Positions 1 to 11,769 of a stretch of 64,000 nucleotides of DNA are shown here, piece by piece. The stretch comes from Camelus dromedarius (taxonomy: Eukaryota), in contig NC_087469.1 of NCBI RefSeq assembly GCF_036321535.1, positions 13,268,001 through 13,332,000 of the forward strand, given 5' to 3'. The notes beneath the pieces are model-generated. The model did not search any database. It saw only the letters and a list, made by a program, of their open reading frames with translations, and had not been told where the DNA came from. Position 1 is the first letter of the stretch. Every line of letters begins with the position of its first letter. A program made the position numbers and the translations under genes.

Positions 1-148
1 TAAGCAGAATTTCATTTCAGTTTGGTATGGGCATTTCTCATCCTGCTGACCTAGTCTCTGGTTTCCGACAAACCAGCGTGGCACAGTGTTTATGCAGAAT
101 GAATGTGCTGAAGGTAAGAAACGTTGCCTGATGTACTAAATGCTAACG

Positions 149-1090
149 TCAGGTTTTCCTTAGTATCAGGAACATGATTCTGTTCGTTGCCTCTCTCAAC
201 ACTTCTTTCACCTTTTCATTCCTCAAGCTATAAATAAAAGGGTTCAGCAGGGGGGTCACTACGGTAATGAGGACAGCAGCTACCTTGTCAAAGTCCAGTG
301 ACTGGTTCTGATTGGGTCTCACATACACAAAGATGTTGCTCCCGTAGGCAATGGAGACGACGGTGATGTGAGAGGCGCAGGTGGAAAAAGCTTTCTGACG
401 TCCTTGGGCCGAGGGGATGCGCAGGATGGTAGAAATGATGTAGGTGTAGGACCAGGTGGTGAATGCCAGCGAGCTCAGGATGACAAGGGCAGACAGGAGA
501 AAGTTTATCCTCTCAATGAGGCGAGTATCTCTACAGGCCACTTGTAGAAGTGGGGCAATATCACAGAAAAAATGATTAATTTCTTTGCTACAGTAGGGTA
601 GCCTTGTCACTACTACAGTTGGTACCAACACAGAGAGGAAGGCCCCCACCCAGCAGCCCAGAACCAGCTGGAGACAGACCTTGCTGTTCATGATGACGAT
701 GTAGCGCAGGGGGTTACAGATGGCCACGTAGCGGTCAAAGGACATCACCGCTAGGAGGATAAATTCCACTGTCCCCAGAAAGAAGTAGAAATACGTTTGC
801 GTGATGCAGCCAGCAAAGGATATGTTTTTCTTCTCTCCTAGGAGGCAGGCTAGCAACTTCGGGGTAACAACAGTTGTGTACAAAATGTCCAGAAAGGACA
901 GATTACTGAGGAAGAAGTACATTGGGGTTTGGAAGCGATTATCAGTCCATATGAGGGAGATGATGATAATGTTTCCCACTGCTGTTTGTGTGTAAGTCAG
1001 CAAGAGAACCACGAAGAGGGCTATTCGGAGCTCCAGGAGGGCTGGGAGGGCAGTGAGGGTGAATTCAGTCACCATGCTCCAGTTTCCCAT
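149..1090 (-). CDS. OR6M1: Olfactory receptor family 6 subfamily M member 1 (313 aa, intact, single coding exon)
   Basis: Intact ORF with class II OR motifs ([44 protein letters not shown]) and a residue-level match to human OR6M1 as recalled (MGNWS...RKT). The ORF-track start at 1096 is GTG; the first ATG is at 1090. A pyrimidine tract plus CAG acceptor lies just upstream (exon starts at 1121). TM1 has Q where human has L (TYTQTAVGN). Confidence 0.95.
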   Translation of the reverse strand: MGNWSMVTEFTLTALPALLELRIALFVVLLLTYTQTAVGNIIIISLIWTDNRFQTPMYFFLSNLSFLDILYTTVVTPKLLACLLGEKKNISFAGCITQTYFYFFLGTVEFILLAVMSFDRYVAICNPLRYIVIMNSKVCLQLVLGCWVGAFLSVLVPTVVVTRLPYCSKEINHFFCDIAPLLQVACRDTRLIERINFLLSALVILSSLAFTTWSYTYIISTILRIPSAQGRQKAFSTCASHITVVSIAYGSNIFVYVRPNQNQSLDFDKVAAVLITVVTPLLNPFIYSLRNEKVKEVLREATNRIMFLILRKT

Positions 1091-2618
1091 GGCCACTCTT
1101 ACGTGCGGACAGCGGGCCTCCCTGAAGAAACAAGAAGGAAATCAGCCTAGAAGGTGATTTTATAAACATCTGTAGAACATGTATTATGGAGAGCACCTAA
1201 TATTGGGAAATAACTCCTAGGATATATTCCTTGATCTGAAGGTCATTACGGTGCAAACTTAGGAAAGTCAAAATATCATTTAGACAAAAATGTTTCTGTA
1301 AAATGAAGAGATAAGACTGAATTAAAAAAATACAAAACCTCTAAGCTTTCTTCTCAATCAATGAAACTTCTGTTCTTTTCAACTTGTCCAGCTTCATTTT
1401 CCCAGCTGAAAGTGTGCTAAAGCACTGACACGCTTTAATTAGAACTCCTTACTCTTACTCGGAAGTTTAGAGTCACTGAAAGGGAAATCCTTTCAAATCC
1501 TTTCTATCCTTTTCTATAACAAATTTTCTGTCACTTTGGCGATTGACATTAGTGACCTGCCATTAGTAAGAGGTAAAGGTTGATTTCTTTTTTCCAGTAT
1601 TTGGTGATCTCCAGAGTCTCCCAGTTTCTAGAATCTTTTCCTAGCAGATATAGATCTGAGGAAACAGACCAGGAATGGCTAAAAGGAACAATGGCTTGTG
1701 GCCCTACTGATCAATTTAGCTGAAACATCAAAAGGGAATCATGGGTGTCTTGTTATTAGGTGATGCTCTGTGTCCAAAACCTACTCCTTGCATGTTCTGT
1801 GCAGTGTGTAATACATGTACCATATATCTGACTGATTATTTAAGAGGACATTATACCATGTGATAAAATCAGAGGTACAAATTATACACTCAAGGTAAAG
1901 CAGAGGCAATTCAACTTACCCCATTTACTTGATCAGCTGAAATCATAAAACTGCACATCAAGATCATCCAGTTTGTACTTTCTCCTATTATCTGAGAAGT
2001 GGTTCTTCTGCACAGATTTCCCCATTTCAGGTTAAAAACAGTCCACTCTTGAGCTCTGACCTGAGCCCCTCCTTAGAGAATAATCTACAGCTGGTCCCCT
2101 TACTTCCCTTTTCCCATCTCCCCTCCGGCCCCTTCTCCAAGACAAAAAAAATTTGCCTTCTTATCTCATTTTTTATTTGAAGCTTTTCCTATTACAAAAA
2201 CACATTTTTCAAATATATTAGAAGATGCAAATGCAAAAAATTAATTATCTGTAGTTAAACCTGTTAGAGATACAGTGACAACATTTTGATGTATATATTT
2301 CCAGGCTCTTTCAAAGTTCTGATTACATATATATGTATCTAAAATAAATTACTAACAATATTTATTAATTAGTTTTTCCTTATTTTTCTTTTCTCTTGTA
2401 ATAATCATCATCTTTCCATTGTGTAGAAATCTACACTATCATTTTATTAAAAACAGCTTTTTCGGAGTATAATTGATATCCAAAGAAATGCACGTATTTA
2501 ATGTGTACAATTTGATGAATTTGGGCATATGCAAACAGCCAGGGTATCATTGTCACAGTCAGGGTAACAGACACATCTAACACCTCCCAGATTTTCCTTT
2601 ACAGAATCATTAAAGGTC

Positions 2619-2866
2619 GGGTGAGAAGGGACAGACTGGGAGTTCAAAATTTGTAGATACTGACAGGCATATGTAGAATAGATAAACAAGATTATACTGT
2701 ATAGCACAGGGAAATATATACAAGATCTTGTGGTAGCTCACAGCGAAAAAAAATGTGACAATGCATATATGTATGTTCATGTATAACTGAAAAATTGTGC
2801 TCTACAGTGGAATTTGACACAACACTGTAAAATGACTATAACTCAATAAAAAATGTTTTAAAAAAA
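2619..2866 (+). mobile_element. Young 5'-truncated L1 3' end, nested in an older antisense L1 fragment
   Basis: L1 3'UTR ending AATAAAAAATGTTTTAAAAAAAA, with a perfect 16-bp target-site duplication AGAATCATTAAAGGTC at 2603-2618 and 2867-2882. The host sequence at about 2455-2602 is an older minus-strand L1M 3' end. Confidence 0.85.
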
Positions 2867-5687
2867 AGAATCATTAAAGGTCATACAGCTTGACTCTATG
2901 GATTGGACTATGATATATTTAGCCAGCTGCTTAGTGGATCAACATTTCTTGCTTATATAAATAATAATCAAATAAATATTATTGTGCATAAGTCTTCGTG
3001 CAGTTAATCTTATTATTTCTCAGAATACTCTTATTTATAATACGATATTTGTTCTCACTGTTTCTATCATAATAGAAAAATCCAAGAAACACTTGATCTT
3101 ACTCAATTTTACCTTGCTAGAGCAGCTGATAATCTAAAAATCACTCCAGATTGCTTTTGTGGGCTCTTTTTCTGAGCTAATAAATAGCTCCGTATCATAC
3201 CTCAGGACTGGATAGCTGATGCTTCCAAAGATTAAGCAGCTGTGCTTTTTAGAAAAAGTCTTTTTTTATGTTCTGAGCTTCCATTTTCTTGTCTGAAAAA
3301 TTAGAATGTGGATTACACCTTTATAAGGTCCATTCAGTGTCTCAGAGTCCTGCTCCCAGTTGCTTTTCAATATGCTTCCCCACCTCAGAGATTCTAGCTT
3401 CTTTTATTCCCTAGTAATCAATCTCCCAAATGACTGTAAGTTACTGTGCAGAAGTGGCCAATCATAGCTACGTACACAAGTACAATTGCGCCTGAACTCT
3501 CGTATGAACTGTCTGCATGAGGCATTCTGCTGTCGTTTTTGAGTGTATTGTGTATTACTATTTCCAAGAGGTGGTTCAACAGGCAAATGACACCCCACGT
3601 TTTAAGATTCAAGCATTAATTAGATTAATGTGAGAAATTAGAAAAACTGGGTTCCAGTCCCAGTTTTTTCTCACTTTTATCTTTGTTATTTTAGATTCAG
3701 TTTTTCAGCTGAGTCATAGTGTCTTCATCTGAGAAACGAAGATAATCGTAACTTTCGAAATGAGCTGCTGTGAGGTTTAAATTAAAACATATGTGTGACA
3801 GTATTTAATAGATTCTTGCTGAAAAGTATGGCTCCATTCAAAAAGGACTGAGATGAACTTCTAGGAGATGAACAATTAGAGCTAATTGCTTCTTATCTAA
3901 ATAAATAACAATAAATTATGAAAAGTTTAATTTGTAACTGAGGAATATTTTTAATGCATATTTATCTGAATTCCCCAGATTGGCATCTGACTCCACTAAG
4001 AATATTGAGAAATCAGAGAGACTATACACAGAGAAATTAACTTAACAAAATGATATATTAATAAATAAAACATACGTGAAAAGGTATACTTACATCTCAG
4101 CAGTTGTATAGATGATGGAAAATCTCCCAAAATGTTTTTAACGTGCAGACACAGGAAAAGGCTCAAACTTCGATTATTATGTGTGCGTGAATTAATTCTA
4201 AACACTTCACTTCGAATTTTTTTTTTTTTTGCCAGTTCTATTTTTATTTCTAGCTCATAGAAATCTCCCTTAACGATAAAGTAAACCTTATGAGCTCACT
4301 GAACCATTTGACCCCAATGTCACCATGTGGCCACCCAGCCATTGCTTGGCTAATTTCAGTGCTTGGGAAATGACTATCTTGCTTTCGCACTGGCTAAATG
4401 AAAAGCTCTTACCTGGAATGGAAAACTCTGTCTTTGTAATTTCCAAATACACGTTCATGTACTGACCTTATGGACAAAATACTAACCTTTTCCACCATAA
4501 CATCCCTTAAAAACACCTCCATGATCTAGAAATCCTCTCTGACATCCCAATGAGTTCAGCACCACACAGATTCTAGAGTCTGGTTTTTGCAGATAGAGTG
4601 CGTGGTAGTTGTGTTAAGTGGCCTGACAAAGTTGCAGGAATAAGTCAGTCATAGCAGTATTACAGTAGATCTCGGATGTTGCTTAGGAAATTTATGCCAG
4701 ATTATCACTGATTCTTGATTCTCAGGTATTTTCCCCCATGCAGGAAGGCTATATAGTTTCTCTCTGGTTAATTCTCAACCATTTAAATTATTTAGTAACT
4801 GAGATGTTTTAGATGTAGAATCCCATACAGCTATGGCTACTCATCCAGCCGTGGCTGCTGCAGAATCCTTTCATCATCCTCGCAAGTGATGGTCAGCGAA
4901 GGGAACTCAGTTCAGTTTTTGGTAGCTCATTCACCTTCATGGTTACTAGAATATTAATCTTTCCATTGGAGCTTTTACCCAGTGGTCTTGAATCCTCTAA
5001 ATCATCAGATTAAAGGTGACTTGAAATAAAAAAGAAAAAAGTTAATCCTTTCCATTTCTTTATAAAATAAAGCTTCCTTTCTCATATTCATTTTTTTTCC
5101 CTAAGTGGATGAACTATACTTTTCATGGACTAATTTGCCTTAGAGATTTAGAGGAGAACAGCTCTTGGGGATATGGGTCAAAAGAAGTTAATTAAAAATA
5201 TTGTTATAAAAGAATGTTGGTTCTGAACTTCCTAATCACAATTACAAAGTTTTAGAAGGTGCCAAATAGACCTGTTAGGGGCTCCTTGGGGATTTCCTCA
5301 GGTATTTTGCTTTATCCATTTAAAGGAAAAATAATACTTTTTAAAAATCTACGAAGAAGCTAAAAACAAAAAATTTTTCATCCTTCTTAAGTTATTGATA
5401 CAGTAGGAAATATTCTCCATGAATATTCTAGAGTTTCAGATACCATGTAGTGCCTCTGTCTATATTGGCATAGATTTTCTTAAAAATTCAGATAAAAATA
5501 TAGTCATAGTAAAACCCACTTTTCTCATCCCTGTCCTGTTTTTGTTCAAAAAGACAAGCCTTCATACTGAACTCAGCCCTGTTCAACTGTTATTCCATCC
5601 TCTTCTCTCTCACAGTCACAAAGGTTGCCATACACTTTCACTGTATTCTCTGATATGTAGATTTTTTTCAATAAGAATTTAAAAAAA

Positions 5688-5775
5688 TTATTTATTTTAA
5701 TGGAGGTACTGGGGATTGAACCCAGGACCTCATGCATGCTGAGCATGCACTCTACCACTGAGCTATACCCTCCCC
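5688..5775 (-). mobile_element. Camelid tRNA-derived SINE (Vic-1-like)
   Basis: Reverse complement reads GGGGAGGGTATAGCTCAGTGGTAGAGTGCATGCTCAGCATGCATGAGGTCCTGGGTTCAATCCCCAGTACCTCCA plus an A-rich tail, with pol III A and B boxes. TSD TAAGAATTT(AAAAAAA) at 5672 and 5783. Confidence 0.9.
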
Positions 5776-7339
5776 TTGTTGGTAAGAATTTAAAAAAAAC
5801 CTTCTTCTCTGAACTAAAAATGCTGTACTTTTTATCTTAACATCAATCTGACTTTTATTTGAGGATGCTGAGTCTCTTTCGAGTGAGCTTGTGCATCCTC
5901 CTTTCCCTGTACCCGAGGGTGAGGGCTGCAGGGCTGGAGGGACAGGCTCTTTCATATTTGCCGTTGGGAGCAGTGTTATTTTGCTCCCAATGTCCACTTT
6001 CTTCTGGCTTTGGATAAAATTTCTCCAAAGCTCATATTACACAATCTTGTAATTTTCTTTGTTTCTGTCGTTTATTGCCTAATGAGTTTCAAGAAAGAAG
6101 TAAGCAACTGGCATAGGGCCTTCAAATAAGACAAGGATGGGGGAGCTTTTTAAATTGAATTTGAAAACATGAAGTCATTGGGGACACAGTTAGTAAAGAC
6201 TTTTTCTGTGGTTCGTGGTCTGTTTCATCCTAAGAATGTCTGTTATTCTGAGAAACCGTCATATCTATGTAAATAGCTCATAAAAGATGCTAGAATTTGA
6301 ATTTCTTAACCTTACGATCAATGAATATCACCTGCAGTCCTCTTACATCATTAACTCCTTTTTTATAACTAGATTTTGCTATTACATAGAATTACTCAAT
6401 CTCTGAAATCCCAAACCCCCAGGTATCAATGTTGGACCCTACTGTCCCCATTCACTGTTCTTGGTTCCTGTACATTCTCTCCATGGCCTCATTCAGCCCT
6501 CCAGTCTATAGATGACCCCATTTTCTCCTTATCAACCTTTCTGCCTGAAAATATAAGTAATATTTAAAAATATATTTTTCTGTGTGAAAATATAAAATAT
6601 ATGTATTTCTACAAAGAGAGAAAGAAAGCCAAAAGAAGAGGGAGAAGAAGGGGAGAGAGAGGTTGATTGAGAATATACAGGTCCTTGCAGTGGAATGAAC
6701 ACCTCTAAAATGAAAATATGTAAGAAATAATAAATGGAAATACAGATACATTGTATAGAATGACATTTCCTGATTGCCTTTAAATAATAATTGCCATGTA
6801 AACTTTTTTTCTCCCCCATGCTCATGACTTAAGTACCCTAGCCCCCAAAACCTAAAACAAATCCCCTGTTCTTAACCATTTACAATATGATACTTAATTT
6901 TTAAAGAGCCTCATCTAATGGGGAAAAATATGAGAGGGTGGTCTGGGCTTCAGAGCGAATGTTGTCATCTGCAAGCCAAGGGTGCTATTTTATAACAAGT
7001 GCATGGACTTCGACAAAAATTTGTATTAGTGTTTTCCTGAATTTTCCCTCTCCCAGCTCCACAAACAATCTTATGACTCATTGTATGGGATTTGTTATAA
7101 TCAGTTATATTTTGTGTTATATTTATAGAACGGTCTCCAAACATTTAATAAGTGTTTGGTAAGTGTGGACTGAACTGGGAGGCTAGATGCCATGCGGCAA
7201 ATAATATTAAATTGGCAAACAGGATGGCTGGTTCCGGTTTTGACTCTCTTACTCCCTAGATTTGTTTCCCTTAACTGATCTCTTTATTTTTTCTTATTTT
7301 CCTTTTTTAAATTTAATTAATTCTTGTCTGTATATATAT

Positions 7340-7446
7340 ATTTTTTAAATTGAAGTATAGTCATTTTACAATGTGTTAACTTCTGGTACAGCATAATACT
7401 TCATTTGAACATACATATATTCATTTTCCTATTCTTTTTTCACCAT
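7340..7446 (-). mobile_element. Short L1 3' end fragment
   Basis: TTTTTTAAATTGAAGTATAGTCATTTTACAATGTG... is the same L1 3' terminus seen at about 20020 and 36830 in this window. Confidence 0.6.
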
Positions 7447-7654
7447 AATCTCCCTAGATTTTTTTTTTTTTAATCTCCCTAGATTTTGAAAATCCTACCT
7501 CATCTGGGCCTCAGTTGCCTCATGTACAAAGAGAAATGTTTGAGTGGGATGCTCTCTACAGCCCTCCTCCTCCACTCATTTGACTTGATAATCTTTTTCT
7601 GTGGGAGACACTCACCACAAATATTTTTACTGCAGGTTTTACAACAAAGGGAAC

Positions 7655-7885
7655 CAGTATTGTGTAGGAATTAAGAGCATGGGTTTTGAAGTCAGATAGT
7701 TCTTGGTTTGACTCCACTTACTAGCTGAGTGACTTTGCGACAGTGATTTATTCTCTCAACTCCTCAGTTAACTTATCCATAAAATGGGGATGTTATTCTC
7801 ACTGTAGGATTATCTAAAACTGACATAAAATGAGCCATGGAAGCTTTCAAAGCAGGTTATCTGGCACATGGTAAGTGCTCAGCAT
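7655..7885 (+). mobile_element. MIR SINE relic
   Basis: Typical MIR blocks: AAGAGCATGGGTTTTGAAGTCAGA...ACTAGCTGAGTGACTTTG...CTCAGT...CATAAAATGGGGAT...TGGCACATGGTAAGTGCTCA. Confidence 0.65.
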
Positions 7886-8334
7886 TTTAGTTAGCTGTGC
7901 CTGTGGTTAAAGGTCATCGACTTCCCGAGGATTAGTGCTTGAAAGAAGAAGTAGCAATGCTTAGCATGTTTCCTAAAATATGATAGCTTTGTTCCTGAAA
8001 CACCTGTTTGGGATGGACTGTTGATGGATTTGCAATTGGAGTTCCTTAACTTTCTTTTCATTTGGTAAGACTATGTAACTAATTGGAGCAATCAGATCCT
8101 CCTTCCAGGAATTTGGATTTAGAACTCAGATAATTTAAAATATATACCCATGTAAATTATATATGTATCTCAATATATTTAAGTATATTCAATATATATA
8201 CTTGCACATATATTGACTATACCTGTGATTGAAATATACAAATATTTGTGAAGGACTGAAGCAGCCATTATCTTCCATGTGCACACAGAAGTGGAAAAAA
8301 TAGTGTGCAGAGAGAGAGAAACATTACTCAGGTA

Positions 8335-8848
8335 TGTATTTGTTCACTGTGACTGCTATAGCAAATTACCACAAACTTGTTAGCTCCAAACAACACCAAC
8401 GTATTCTGTTACAGTTCTGGAGGAGAGAAATCCAAAGTCAGTTTCACTGGGTCTAAATCTGTGTGTCATCTGGGCCATGCCGTTGGCTCTAGGGGAGAAA
8501 GAACCCATTTCTATGCTTTTTCCAGCTTTTGGATGTGCATTCCTTGGCTTTTGGCTCCTTCTTCCATCTTCAAAGCCAGCAGCATAGCATCGTCAAATCT
8601 CTGCTTCCATCAAATCACGTTACCTTCTTCTGTGTGGTAAAATCTCCCTCTACCTCTCTGATATGACACTTGGGATACAATTAGATCCAGCCTGGGTAAT
8701 CTAGGAAAATCTCTCTCCCTCCCTCTCTAAATCTTTAATCACATCTGCAAAATCTCCCTATCATATATACTTTATATGTTACTTAGATTCACAGGTATCG
8801 GGGATTAGGTCCTGGATATCTTTGGGGGTGTTCATTCAGCCGACCACA
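8335..8848 (-). mobile_element. MaLR solo LTR (MLT1C/D-like)
   Basis: Starts TGTATTTG...GCTATAGCAAATTACCACAAACTT and ends GGATATCTTTGGGGG...CAGCCGACCACA, the reverse complement of MLT1 termini. About 510 bp. Confidence 0.7.
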
Positions 8849-10172
8849 AGATATTTGGGAAAAAAACAATACAAACATCAAATGACTTACAGATTTAGAG
8901 ATCCAGATATAGAGGGAAGAGAGTGCCAGCCCATGGATTTTTAAGGATTTCTAGTTCCTGATTCTAGTCCCTTAGCAGGTCTTACTGTTTATTATCTCAT
9001 GGGGTTTCGTGTGGTATTCTTGATTATTGTTATAATAAATACCCATTTTACTTAAGCTAACTTGATTCCTTTTCTGCTTTTATTTACCCTCAGCTGGTGA
9101 ATCCTAGGATACTAATTCTTCTGTAGACGATGGTCACATTGTCCAGTTGCTACAGACAATTAGTCTAGACTCATTGTCAATTACTGTCTCTGAATAATTG
9201 GTTTTCCTTTCAAACCAGTTGCTTCTTAGAATCTACTCTCATTCTTCCTGATAGTCCCTGATCTGCAGGTTTTCCATATAATTAGAACTGGCAGGGATGC
9301 TCTTGTCTCAGAAAAAGTAGGTAAGTTCCATGTTAATTTTATGTCTCCATGTTTCCCCTGCTTAACTTGCTTCCCATTTCATGATACAGTGAACTGCTAA
9401 CATAGACTGGAGTTCACATATATCTGTATACATATATTCAAAACTAGTTGTGTAGTTTGGGGCAAGATGCTTAACCTCTGTGAACTTCAGTTTTCTCATT
9501 TATAAAAAGGAGATCATAATATCAGCTCATAATTATTAAGAGTTAATAATTAATAATTATTAAATGACATATGTACATATTTAAGTACATGTACAAACTA
9601 GGGTTATATTACTTCTCTTCCTGTTTTTGTTACTTATCCATTATTATTATCTACAGTATTTAGCTGTCAGAGATGATTTGAATCATCTTGCAAATCCTGA
9701 AAACACCAGTAAACAGTGTTCACTTTGAATTAGATGTGTTTGCATGACTTAGACTATTTTTGATAATCCGACTTTAACTAAAAAAGGGAAAAAGAAAAGG
9801 ATGAACTATATTCCCCACTTTACAGATCAGAAGCTAAGCTTCAGATAGGCTGCCACCTGATTAAAAAAAGTGATAGCCAGGCTTAAAATTTAGGTTTTCT
9901 GACTTCAGTTCAGGACTTTAATCCATCCTACTCTCTATGTGAGATGGTCCAGTAGTATAATCCAGAGCATGTTATTTTCTTTATGGCTGAATTGCCTCCT
10001 CTGGACCTTGCCTATAATTCTTTGCATCTGATGTGGCTCAAAGCCTTTTCATCTCTTCCCACACACCTTTGATTTTATGGTCTTCAAGCATGCCTTTCTC
10101 CACATGGTGTGCAAGAGCTGAAGATGCCATTCTTAGCAAACAGACTTTCAAGGTTTCCTGGGAAATAAACCT

Positions 10173-11120
10173 TCAAGGTTTTCTGTGAAATAAGGACATA
10201 ATTTTGTTCACTTCATCTCTCAGAACTTCCTTTACTTTTTCATTCCTTAGACTATAAATGAATGGGTTCAGAAGAGGGGTCCCCATTATGGTGAGGACTG
10301 CTGTCACTTTGTCAAATTCCAGGGAGTGAGTCTGGCTGGGCCTCACATACATGAAGATGTTGCTCCCGTAGGCAATGGAGACGATGGTGATGTGAGAGGC
10401 GCAGGTGGAAAAGGCTTTCTGACGTCCTTGGGCAGAGGGGATGCGCAGGATAGCAGAAATGATGTAGGTGTAGGACACGGTGGTGAACACCAGCGAGGTC
10501 AGGAGGATGAGGGAAGATAAGAGGAAGCTTATCATCTCGAGGAGGTGAGTGTCTATGCAGGCCGCCTGTAGCAGAGGGGCAATGTCACAGAAGAAGTGAT
10601 GAATCTCCTTAGAGCAGAAAGGCAACCTGGACAGCACAATAACTGGGCAGAGCACTGAAAAAAAGGCTCCCACCCAGCAGCCCAGAAGCAGCAGGAGACA
10701 GACCCTGCTGTTCATGATGATGGTGTAGCGCAGGGGGTTACAGATGGCCACGTAGCGGTCAAAGGACATCACCACCAGGAGGATAAACTCCACTGTCCCC
10801 AGGAAGAAAAAGAAGTATGTTTGGGTGATGCAGCCTGGGAGAGAGATGGTCTTCCTGTCAGCTAGGAGACAGCCTAATAGCTTTGGGGTAACTGAGCTAG
10901 TGAATAAAATATCCAAAAATGATAAGTTACTGAGGAAGAAGTACATTGGAGTTTGGAGGCGATTATCAGCCCATATGAGGGAAATGATGACGCCATTTCC
11001 TGTGAGAGTAAGCATGTAAGTGAAGAAGAGGAGCACGAAGAGGAAAATCTGAAGCTTGTGGCGAGCAGGGAAGGCAGTCAGGATAAACTCAGTCACTGTG
11101 GTCTGATTTTGCACATCCAT
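10173..11120 (-). CDS. Olfactory receptor, OR6M subfamily paralogue (315 aa, intact)
   Basis: Intact OR ORF closely paralogous to the gene at 149-1090 (shared [59 protein letters not shown]). The ORF-track start at 11129 is TTG; the ATG is at 11120. Splice acceptor TTTTTTCAG gives an exon start at 11150, and the 5'UTR motif CGCTGTCC is shared with OR6M1. Confidence 0.93.
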   Translation of the reverse strand: MDVQNQTTVTEFILTAFPARHKLQIFLFVLLFFTYMLTLTGNGVIISLIWADNRLQTPMYFFLSNLSFLDILFTSSVTPKLLGCLLADRKTISLPGCITQTYFFFFLGTVEFILLVVMSFDRYVAICNPLRYTIIMNSRVCLLLLLGCWVGAFFSVLCPVIVLSRLPFCSKEIHHFFCDIAPLLQAACIDTHLLEMISFLLSSLILLTSLVFTTVSYTYIISAILRIPSAQGRQKAFSTCASHITIVSIAYGSNIFMYVRPSQTHSLEFDKVTAVLTIMGTPLLNPFIYSLRNEKVKEVLRDEVNKIMSLFHRKP

Positions 11121-11769
11121 TGAGTGCAATCCAAGGTGGACAGCGTGTCTCTGAAAAAATAAGAAAATATGAAGATGAGAATCAGCTTTAATAAGTTTTT
11201 AACTGTCAATGTCATTGATAAGATGCAGTACAAGAAAGTTTCAGTGAAGAGTGGTTTGTTTGCATCCTGCCTCTGACCCTAATAAAGGTAGAACCTTGGA
11301 TAAATGACATGACTTCTCTAAGCTCAGGATGCTCATATTTGAAACTCTTCATTGAATGAAGGTATGTCCCTATTCCCAAATTCTAGTCTTTATGACTTTA
11401 TTCTCTTTCATACAGTGCTTCTTCCCTTTTCTGTTTCACTCTTCCTGAGCCTGTTTTCCCAGCCAAGTTTTGTATCTAAGAAGAGAGACCTAGCTGAGAA
11501 TCCAGTCAATTTTTAAAATGGAGAAAGGGAATAGTAATACAAGTTGTTACTTTTCTCAAAGTTATTCAGACTTTTCAGGCATTGTCTAAATCAAAGAGCA
11601 GAGACAATGAAAACTGGACAGTCAAATGAAAAAGAACCTGAATTTATTTCTGCTGTCTACTTTTGTTACTGGTATTATGTGTTGAGCTTTAAAGTAATGT
11701 CTAGTTGGATAGAAGTTATTTTGATGTAATAGTAATTGAATTCTCCATGAGATTCCATAGTTTTTATTT

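Noticed and set aside
801-1150. Antisense ORFs over OR genes (also 10326-11019, 18752-18973, 46807-47706)
   Set aside because: These are the usual shadow frames of OR coding sequence, with no independent features.
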